This document shows, one piece after another, positions 47,901 to 50,365 of a DNA stretch of 50,365 bases; within the stretch, counting starts at the first letter, position 1, and each line of letters opens with the position of its first letter. This stretch comes from an uncultured Planctomycetales bacterium. Its GTDB lineage: Bacteria; Omnitrophota; Gorgyraeia; Gygaellales; Profunditerraquicolaceae. The notes under the pieces are model-generated. The model was not told the DNA's origin. It saw only the letters and a program-made list of their open reading frames with translations, and searched no databases. Position numbers and translations under genes: made by a program. Location of the stretch: the NCBI GenBank assembly GCA_964487475.1, contig CAZAPM010000016.1, forward strand, positions 1 to 50,365. Direction: 5' to 3'.

Positions 47901-50365
47901 TCGATCACCTTCTGCCGCCGCTTCCATATCTTTTTGCGGTTCGCCCCATCAAAGGAACGATCGTTTTCTTTGGCAGAAGAAGCCCGATACTTGCGGGCGA
48001 CCGTCGCGTCCTTCGCCCCGGCCAGAGGGATCACCTCGTTGAACGCCTCGCTCGGAGGATTCGCGGTGTCCTTTGCCCGGTGCGGGTCGGCGTGCATTTT
48101 GGCCTGCGCGATCCTCAACGCCGTTTGAGCGCCGCGCTGCATCACGGTCAACCCTGCTAAATACAGATACTTTTCCCCCCGCGAAAAATTGAACCCGCCG
48201 ACCGCATCCCTCAGCGCGTTTTCCGCCGCCTCCGCCAGCGCTTCCGGCATCACCCCTGCCTGCTGCGCTTCCTGCGCAAACCATCCGGCGACCACGGGTG
48301 CCCGCCCGCGTAATCTTTCGAATGTCTCCTGCGCGATCCTTTCGCGCTTCTGAAGGATCGTTTCCACGTCGATGTGCCCGTGCCCGTTGCCGTTACCGTT
48401 GCCGCGCACGGGAGCGACACACGCTGCCAGGCTGAAGAACACCCACCAGTCCGTACCGCGCAAATGCGCCTGCTTCCAGGTAGGGAGCTCCAGGAATATC
48501 TCCTGTATGCGGCGCAAAGAATCTTTGGTCGTTTCCGGCAAAGAATCCACCAGCGCAGCGACGCTGCTCTCCCTCGCTTCCCGGATCTGATTGAACATCC
48601 ACAACTCCTCCCACCCGGGGATCACGCCGCGCTCGACCGAGTCGACGGGATTAGCGCACTGCAGTATCTTTCCGCACAGCACATCGAGGAAGCGGTGCGC
48701 CGGAAATGCGCGCAGCACCCGCATCCTGTTTTTCTCGTCCATCAGATGCAAAACGTAGAAGGCGATCATTCGCGGTGAGAACTTCCAGCGGTACTCGTCG
48801 TCTCCGGGACGGGAGGGATCGAAGATATCCCGTAACAGCCGGCCGATCAACGCGCCTGAGGGCTCGAACGCCTGCTCCGGCAGCGCCGCGAGAAGCTCCT
48901 TCGCCTTATCCGGGACCCCTGTCTGCAGGAAGAAACGGACCATGGCGAACGCGAGCAATGGCTCATTCCGGGAGACCCATGCAGGCTCGGCGAGAAAATA
49001 CACCAGCGGGATACCGGCGGCAGATGCCTCCTCCGCGCTCATCCCGAAAAGCTCCCAGGAATCCTCCCGGGAAAAATACAGGAATGCGGCTGCCAGCCAC
49101 ACCAGGAATTCGCGGGTCACCTTCTTTTCCGGGTTACGCAGCACGGACAATCCTCCCAGGGCGATCCCCAGGGTCGACTCACCGGTCTTATAATCCTTCT
49201 CCGGCGCCAATCGGGTATCCACCACGGCCCTGGTCCGCTGCTGCCATTCCTCCATCGAAGCATTCCCATTGAGCGCAACCACAGGCGGGGCGTTCGCCAG
49301 CGACTGTTCGAACGCATATTGTATCTTACTGCGGCGGAAACCGGGCAACGTGACCCCGAAACGGTCCGCAGCATAGTATAACGCATGATCGCGATAAGGG
49401 CCGTCGGTAAGCCCTTTGGCGTGTATGGGCAGCCCGCGCGCCTGACGGGATTTGATCTCCCGCACCACATCTTTCTTTCCCGGATAGCGCCATACGCCCG
49501 AAGGCAACGCAACCTTGAAATGCCGGGCGGCGTTGAAAAGTTTCCAGTTCTTGTGCGCCCCCTTCTGCAACGCGCTGGCATGGCTGGGAATGCCTGCCTT
49601 GACCCGATCCTCGATCGCTGCCTGCACTGCCCTGGCATCCTCGTACTCGAAGCGCAGCGCCTTGGGAAGCGTGATCCCGAAATGGGCGCTCATGGCAGCC
49701 AGTGCCCGGTCCCGATGATCGCCCTTGTGCAACTCGCGGTAATTGTTCTTCCATCCCCGTGCCGTGCGCCGGGCCAACTCGCTTCTCACCGAGGAAGCGG
49801 TCGGATACCTGGCCAGCGGGCCTCCGGGCACCTGGGGAAGCTTCACCTTGAACCTGCGCGCCGCATTGTATAACGCGGGATCCGAATTCTCTCCCTTGCC
49901 CAGCGCCACCGCGTTATTGGGCTTTCCCGCTTCTTTGCGGCGAAGCAACTCTGCGCGCACCTGTCCGGCATCCTTATACTTCGGCAATGCGGTAGGCGAG
50001 CGGGGAAGCGCTACCCCGAAATGCAGCGCGGCGGTATACAATCCGCGGTCGACGTGCTCTCCCCGCTGCAGCGCTCCGGCATTATTGGGCTTACCCGCCG
50101 ATTCCCGGCGCGCCATCTCTGCCGCGACCGCCTCGCGGGAAGGATACTTGTATTTCAGGGGCGCGGGAGACAAGGCAACGCCGAACTTATGCGCCGCGGT
50201 ATAAAGGGATTTATCCTGATGCGCCCCCTTCTGCAGGGAATATGCGTGTGTCCCGATCCCCTGCGCGCTCCTGGCAGCTAACGCCTGCGTTACGGACTCA
50301 CGGTCGGGATATTTAACCAACGCGGCGGGGAGCTTCACGTTGAATTTATACGCGGCAGTGATCAG
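26951..50365 (-). CDS. Giant multidomain membrane-associated protein, at least 7,804 aa, 5' end outside the window
   Basis: Stop-free frame for 23.4 kb. The 27 nt upstream of the track's GTG (50338) read LITAAYKFN in frame and continue the repeat pattern, so the true start is beyond 50365. Contains many recognisable domains. Confidence 0.92.
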   Translation of the reverse strand: MITAAYKFNVKLPAALVKYPDRESVTQALAARSAQGIGTHAYSLQKGAHQDKSLYTAAHKFGVALSPAPLKYKYPSREAVAAEMARRESAGKPNNAGALQRGEHVDRGLYTAALHFGVALPRSPTALPKYKDAGQVRAELLRRKEAGKPNNAVALGKGENSDPALYNAARRFKVKLPQVPGGPLARYPTASSVRSELARRTARGWKNNYRELHKGDHRDRALAAMSAHFGITLPKALRFEYEDARAVQAAIEDRVKAGIPSHASALQKGAHKNWKLFNAARHFKVALPSGVWRYPGKKDVVREIKSRQARGLPIHAKGLTDGPYRDHALYYAADRFGVTLPGFRRSKIQYAFEQSLANAPPVVALNGNASMEEWQQRTRAVVDTRLAPEKDYKTGESTLGIALGGLSVLRNPEKKVTREFLVWLAAAFLYFSREDSWELFGMSAEEASAAGIPLVYFLAEPAWVSRNEPLLAFAMVRFFLQTGVPDKAKELLAALPEQAFEPSGALIGRLLRDIFDPSRPGDDEYRWKFSPRMIAFYVLHLMDEKNRMRVLRAFPAHRFLDVLCGKILQCANPVDSVERGVIPGWEELWMFNQIREARESSVAALVDSLPETTKDSLRRIQEIFLELPTWKQAHLRGTDWWVFFSLAACVAPVRGNGNGNGHGHIDVETILQKRERIAQETFERLRGRAPVVAGWFAQEAQQAGVMPEALAEAAENALRDAVGGFNFSRGEKYLYLAGLTVMQRGAQTALRIAQAKMHADPHRAKDTANPPSEAFNEVIPLAGAKDATVARKYRASSAKENDRSFDGANRKKIWKRRQKVIDREVRAKRTERIPFGHAAFIIDYLSREGLGNLADIFEKMWGKGDIRFVSDRHAYFGGGFIALDRSVRRVRMFIRAGGYRGHSELEVVFHEFLARLGLPHELNETLTGIFRAQGDISWQVLARYGYHWSDLRTMRYKNLPRLSRLQDRAMDAGNNGGHSPMRGRHEEKYFLHESQAEKIEDLVIRDGWTHDKESSNGSGRSYQVASLYLDSPRFDLAMMVQSEEPEFFKLRLRYYDDSPSSPVFSEVKNRARPIDVSKDRAALRRDAGEMILAGALPHRDHLASPDAKDWQEQFDALRKFCDMLWDLNAVPQAYVVYDRTAYFRPLPGGGVARITFDRKVRGYPAQGVFHGFLLEPALPRVDIWTEPGRRAVLELKYPKHKKPDFFRDLAVWFNLQRCGAPKYLTVVNEMDRHFPVARFVAAMAVALLAACVLGWPAAGAGVLALAGMADGAFYPSKLVPGQNPKWFLLVTEMLPQDDFFKHTQGVKNEEECLGRILDLQMPPPVYEVLASLLCWIFAHRDFRQDQHQKVFDAWRVLTLTHGIDEWQATALVWFVYALYRNVDEHRAPPRPSLAAAQQPRSVQGFAILPLMAFLSASAILCIVFYKVLICHFSLVPLSAGLLSAAASVLLETGALYGVAQWRQVRHRAAMLERIRTFVPVSAPAVEPEPQNAATFLADDLCARYHLASRPALEDNVELLLQLQLIGDAEARSLLKFHRLWVQLCRAAGREVTAEDFDSGKLSGCLSENDEAELGEAACDCAFIAAEHAGHLPVWERGSGNGNDSWHSGELDFVMYHPHSGIPFAQALTKVHPSEVPLCAQREAEAARVFVPAAGENLHDPRYFALIALRHGRPAGIYGVRVSPEYREIEGKGLYVMPWLRHNGVRAGWTLLCTQCELYARNGYKYFHIPVARRAAAQAFFTRVSDNSGHFPYFTRAVKNSDGSIDKVIVHLQERYLQVPWAGKFVVRDGARPLNRSEAGGVLLVMTLLLAVVSTAIALLPWWIHAPYAVLAAAAVLLLFCAGICRGNARRRIAKLGLSENEKSMAVLLAATAFSVTSHHLRTKLDPADAPSRAPEAGSNESARPQAPPSVAHRFLFSRRAPLAQEEPVIRNLTPEEKAVVKPALDLLRGQYSHLFYEAQAAVERVRGSALTPQEAHAIEVEMAAAISNTPVGPDKCPIWLGRAPVLEEERDINEHVRARIAWYEAQSRMRAAPLEYDAGAVLDNFNPDRSSLGPHAPAPDAGAFPEAMSLFWHVGLLAAGLAASGAGMGMLGISLPFVRQWLVRRGLLRAPPALSILAQGERTYGSGRNEEGARTFRYFITDAVPRAEQIAALYSRFGDGINYLWPAAELKGLSVYLPTYFHSLEATLGAQALAELFSGPKLTDDEVVCSYLLQLQTELTAKSATLDSFITHDRGDKSTFENKVYIYNRMTMLMRLTGLLNAEEEEFLEVSLFERLPQEYHRKALIFIKLKFLEYVRRIPLACRDHSTVHRRAELSAKEKKKFGYVPWLRENLGENLVSVIAFGSSIAGEKYSDYDNLLIVKDVAKAYQVLEGRDFTFDARTGEVDETKQRGKMVSFVVLPQDCWQKYVRFNCTSNRRTDENKVLFGEVDLPVLNDLESRERGISTAFLRLKILRSAGSWVYAAPGKLLGKPALFEYFSKNNALLLSAGLNAQGAMRSRSKEEVLHALHMRGMYLPPFVSRRGYIRREISRIVEFSARLHQEFLSNREFDFSFMTAADVPAAVRETVLALARRGEGEDPVAAAAEFSRRITSKEQLMQRLEALTGFPQRVAAWSLRTRIVRWWSRAKRYLPSINTGASRGVPLAMTRLAARTVGAFLFRVGVPLRWAVAVCGALEEPLFALLVITGGTWALMHWWALPFLEALLSSYAVSVMLTPVAHATGFAQWQGDDSLVWYHPEATEGRALVPGLLRIEAAALVIRALYFLPLLAAKPAALFFSWPVILGLLVAVMVLHGFYDGWLSRWWGTPIAMIPGILTGTGYAENYTPAVRNVSAEVSTILYPACGKDMPTVLFLLTICEHAGEVVLIDNEEQFIISKALEALLRAVRISQGRFSVAAIEGEGTRVQAQILPAIGMEREEIRVRISPELGEGEELTVTLHDSSLNREIKVRFLHRDYSQRIDGLAGISDLTVVKQPGFAGGLSYDDRSRLYYRNAMAHTRTGKYLLVVQARPPGYALMQGLKIVETNVEPEKVQALFVVPRISNVLGFGSYILMQKTGEGLFEHGFVQVSPYHLSRDPRTVPFCVNDVTAQEPLFRQMVSQAARLLQPFTSLPVSLRDLPQEVPGISAAVADLGEQPTGSFKPWMCFGVAKRVAYLAREGIGALTVISATTGNQGIALSYVVSRLRQVYPQVRIDLLIYVSKEAFEEKIAKMERFGARVVRGPSADLPYEDYEQAYAAARKRAFELHPDALFVQHADWQAIEGYTALAEATLDAYALRSNGTTGALAVIIPVGAGGLASGFALAAKLRDPTIMIVLVQTTRTRHLFESFLKGRIVEYFDPDQREVFSESGIDTKKLEPQAFHILYALADHVVTVDWQDVPAAIDFYRRQGAVAEGAAVLPYLAFGRISRELKGSGVSRALLVSTGRNASPVQSQFATSCGFMLLAVHLAAGPYLWALGIIFLAVWFFAAVSDPWKVSEVRGAKRWRAMSGMTAASWALAALWDAVDGGGIGAGLGTILLRALIVSIPLLIMGALWRPVYDAIVDWRDSRRRAKAVKRMLEGKFTIRALVEGAEIREFSDVRAQLLLLADDLMFVARRLAKYLEESGKLTGPPADIQDLEFARSSPGGWRWREGLSEQIVRQAIREVLEERSLNFTENVLIAHIIAHEKAHVEDGCVNRELPAQRAHARLLRVMRGLDIRSYRLERNDPAGRLICEGYVLNRGEQLKVQVMLRFNERAAKGCPDKWMTGDFGEAQYAAEKLLRSDLVRELSSVEGAAPLPWQVLEETMDELFDWMEYTLRCGNCITEAVVESLFFQPTSEQRYEVAVNLSSMTLTMYAGKPAVSLSDAALEIDEKYPYLLEHIFVKKVKRISAHRRLWHAVSMRRLATLPEKERRKYKPLAKVISRHGAVKDGDLVAGEPGKAAYHAFRARMLIGVALKPENAQEFPAPLRVHLEELYASLEGVASLQYECEIPPSQREGILACIFRMFVWMKERDRGLHEAARLILADIIANLVYLREALKSQRRDYEFSAYKKAYSAVLGLLRQAGGSDAAVRERALRALAQWQQDWEDGRLSVLDGGRANNPRDILIGHLDHHKLYPGCREGILAFFAGRPHHWQQQLINRIIRLCLNRADMHLVDLARDMHGDARFSRTRHFLGNLLRISPLLIAAAVLLSVFCPAAGAAVLFVGSVHGGRKGEPGEKGFDGLVDSIMGAGARAAAACAPEALKEAVAELRGQFPPQSFGMVPFIKSGRPVFTEATARELKCGDCCVMTFFVIEALLHRFPGVPVEAVSRVISFGPPTTHMQARILTSRGWYLVGITPGDLLLFPEGMVPEEDFLRRVPCRDIGRVSAAAFMAQTRELLFTKTREWYLRLGILQEHLPARNIDHMAWCSCRGEFTYFGLCAIQDLQVSAHTAPRNEYRVVVMVHQDDFKIFQERVRHAGPAGLFDAIAQWHAQDLCVMGVIQEDATEGRILQAASYARAEALYQLIVALPESHFVRACALPEVEGLLDEVHACFRAMPPARRAGKAAGEESDIAAYISSCPAIPLDTAVGGYTFHIQEFFSYPQSCQEVIMRLAMRGVPSSQAVRMLEETVGLEFRGSECRVSENQIRRGGKGITAVRGTGIVHGRFLRHAEAAGKSVLFTGLIDKVMAAHNGTRWSPKDVYAALVAYWMYARLAQNHPEETAAVFEDAIDAQGLLASCRSELLSEERTGRPLPQAGSPKGSRSNAKICLAEDVSLPQPLIERIRKIVTTDFRDLRPGIDYDFIEGRSLYIDVVKLLGAPVLWQGKPLGCLKLKGACFNGDETLLPFDGLFPLIVDFGPRGEIVRQHLKQKKPTGAMTLDTVDNELVLTDLAWRNGLYMAFPVGKAEFGDLLYEGMKLGVLILGVPLGQDTDFRSALAQMSGRGERGSGDVFHFYIEHEKTKVNRDKIIAFIRDAGAAYCVLHDIGIRHNMASFGNILAAPFGRVRISDLEYSQRMEEGPLAREVAWRVNDIRGYFTALERSLAAQLITDFRERFGIDLHQEFVIGYLKKGIPRFGERYASQRLLNGLLATLNDYAGANRQEDLLAQDDLLRALRDTVAAAPSRMRRDRLVQGKFGAVLPGDRVEDLAGRDSGMPKEMISLTGAHSVDLTIDREAVSAMESADRELLFQLLTGDIETQERLLRRYPLQVQQRYKDVALGKGVEGRTLYLILSKPVICRGVRISVLRLKGVRPRVGPDAKVAEYYGWGWLPRVLGISRPSTITVIPGAADHPAGTLTYDGALMEFSVMEAARAPECLFRTDYPVGFGEYTGLHGPGGRLGFVICGMGSEDFRVDTQDAFSAEGMFGMCAQINRLDAVAESQVRPFQVRIAAGRESAFARGIGRAFRAFHDAGFAHLFPHLGNMGVPGSGEGIIIRDLNTAVRIDAADPSEYRAGMRFMDVARILSELLQFKIGRTVDDHESEAYSYGLDRLVLPFLEGYFHEADHASGVFTRMAEACGSRDFLDRYQQLLGIAYSGIQIDSDVLTVSHPQFGPVYAFLCKTEAVVLIRPVKAGKESSASRKFARDEEEAPDLLKAAEILLSKGLLRRVRSGEYRQNGENCVAIARFLSEKLGYRYPLERELRAAFRGMQQGIRGHSASASRSGAALVIYHYPFVTEGRPFHVFLRIGETEYNFGAGDHDGYYDRHEIPLVSGVGTQRIERQAYALHSAGSSGLPEIPELKGEVAERFPGYDGVVKLAAALEAGPSPELLQAVKAAKQKVVAGFAQMDPLMKDLSGGKVTAGGLSAFFEGYNRVYETTIIPSVNEFSAQEATRPLAAFLEDSYSKIICYLGCAHGSIAGKKAAADEDVSAQVGTLVQAVVRDHGNLTGFLLAIPAGEEEAAPSEEAGTVAEVPTPLVPVLAIQRIMSECLLGQMQVAFGWLQQWQLMTMRNTREFLYMLSGWSGLCALTLANLRRNCLFSRFSARQQRSFLAKVRAAAGRDPGVAVFSPRFGRHLIRIPEAVFFIGERRARRISVRKEPMWSFVEGREVAVYHVAEASDADTCSLWDLRSLDDAYIGGEESVSLPTARVRALLKGVVDAADAATSSHPRDIAAVEESAVRYAQALQELAAGGLRMEKLRRRAEEALRNARERLAAMSSAGAASSLPAAVYDERLGYILEPLSPEVLREISSKTVGEIILLVQKARGIMDVSICARGGMKCTSYIAAKTRAGLPDAHNLFAVSRGLRIHPVLLMKREQLTWEQIAALPYPNNFRTLRLCLGLTHEDLAGRLLQAGFPVGDGSDEEKLERVRALVVHWEAHHGIPGSIRKDGAVKDEEIAAKRNAVREVLGFDLFPEQKAASPAVRVSVPRATGRQRVQNVYGRKAKDAAWEQLHSYESCKDDARFWHDQGYLEIRIEIPQIPGSGKFRVMGERTDFGPAYGRARIAVFMEWSIFVSRYVFMYAEATKREQTGADTIPWVKVYGRTRALGEDFALADSYYGKSPKHNGRKWHEAGLDLLRVEGLTVSSDGRCGVLGNRKVKNAFNLGQRFAGADAQAFLVWSEETQGYQIVEVSGRTSVKRGEFAITMPHSFAVRGSGEDFQAQFPPEAVTLSVSQNHMCAALMEKRGDARQEDVLWLAMRMMEPGMFADPVSGDIFVFGSRPSAAYALYRGSLLVERRFGIWCGGIEGMLLDSAQAEQALRDPGNIFEPAAQEKGVTEERLRMLESAERLALQPHMRIYQGTEFFSAADPGLAEGSWERLQRYSDGWEWLADELKIKVPDAKERFLWLSIAEAVIIAGTYGIGCQRMNDGQLIRWLKGLGIRNEDGDEFQRSSVASSRRYAQARLRDRSAEAPLSLRRIAKVAGVVLPQVLVDLIAHAHLTPLESGWQWIAEDAGVTVDIVRSRFMTCSVAEAFAGALFYGLENPRCDLCRIGAKMQALPGCGSKRPDYFLRKGLQRLGRAAGESPDSLRRIAGNGAVIPDEVRRVMAVLQLAPLAGGWAWLADDLNITPAEARSRFILLSVTEAVIILYWYGIGVAREREYPRIVSLLAQVPLVSDAGTVISESLAMQIKFRAMNVLRKTHAESEESLRRVFNTGMSLPEMVRSVVIAENLPVLPDGWHWLAEYAQLSVEEVKARFSRVSVPEALAIAWRFGCVFLRIGDHGVIKEKLRNLGYQYEAPLVNITLQGVGRLKEEIPEAEESIRRIASVTDLPDLVKALVAKVPLSVLPDGWAWMAEDAKVTVDEARARFLRLSGPEGMSACVQYGLGGTRRSESSGFEDENHLHVNALARMQPQAQEADFSLRKIWGALVNKPGALRRAIETLAVKPLADGWEWLGEENGIADRETVRERFMLLTVSEALLLMWRFLSVELREDSLERLGEKAHEAGISSDTDKGKAKSAGAVKQALLSGKARLRLEQPEAEGSLRQLLLQGKALPAPLMDLLGVKVAEEDAVEEAGEEEEEKEKEEEKEEEKEGEGADSSLMLLFASALRDETQAKEIFSASCAELAQAELNFGSLQLKPRELGEAHPLAAFFLARYLINTGDVSNARVFLSGIPDEAIFPESLIIARLSRDICGKDGVTDMAVQVISGVANRLVWLGTLQEKDALALCHHLVKVVGVHEVDDDILEFIASREAVREEMDTEDDPGSGYEEKARVSRTRRGKEKVPAGMFLLYFLAAGAGRLGREYGVAQRQLLDVAVEVAGRHRDDPWIRQTDWRDPSLGARVLEYFREGVYAMQCAAEAIAAQRKAAQSVQEAAGISDIKVLRERVREYVLRMPAASTRTIEESKRLRTREILWSAEEVARGMGLSLDAAADISAAFDLMGSVRIDYGHLVVEILWPMERRMLK
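28190..30210 (-). repeat. Six tandem ~105-125 aa protein repeats within the giant ORF
   Basis: Recurring [DSG]GWxW[LIM][AG][DE]...RFxxxSxxEA...[YF]G...L...SLR[RKQ]I pattern, six times. Confidence 0.85.
49340..50365 (-). repeat. At least six complete and one partial ~55-aa tandem protein repeats within the giant ORF
   Basis: Consensus [KR]YPxxxxVxxE[LI]xxRxxxGxPxxAxxLxKGxHxDxxLYxAAxxFGVxLP. Confidence 0.88.

Noticed and set aside
26956..50281. Many short ORFs nested in or antisense to the giant gene
   Set aside because: No motifs or RBS support; expected by chance at this GC content.
50336..50338. GTG as the start of the giant ORF
   Set aside because: The frame stays open to the window edge and the upstream codons continue the repeat consensus.
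1..50365. tRNA, rRNA or CRISPR arrays
   Set aside because: Intergenic gaps are all short (about 210 bp or less) and none shows such structure by eye; a covariance-model search was not run.

Overview
GC-rich bacterial chromosomal window in which every credible gene but one lies on the minus strand. Left to right: a phosphate region (pstB fragment, pstA, pstC, pstS with an upstream Pho box, phoR, DUF47, PiT transporter, phoB) translationally coupled to a QueG-like Fe-S protein gene and mnmG; an AT-richer REP-associated tyrosine transposase (RAYT, the only + strand gene) flanked by two identical inverted 35-bp REP-like hairpins, one of which appears to be translated as the N-terminus of MnmG; class II ribonucleotide reductase nrdJ with a consensus sigma70 promoter and tandem NrdR boxes; a glycan locus (LacI and ROK regulators, coiled-coil membrane protein, TPR protein, two clan GH-A TIM-barrel hydrolases, a tandem CBM-like protein, a sugar ABC transporter without ATPase); a tandem-PilZ gene; and the 3' 23.4 kb of a giant ORF (at least 7,804 aa, still open at the window edge). 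The giant protein is a mosaic of VTC, GNAT, nucleotidyltransferase, methyltransferase-like, PLP-enzyme, peptidase-like, SelO-like pseudokinase, XRE and sigma70-like modules separated by hydrophobic linkers. Giant genes of this type suggest an Omnitrophota-like (predatory or host-dependent) organism, which is an inference. All domain calls are by-eye motif recognition; no database search was run.
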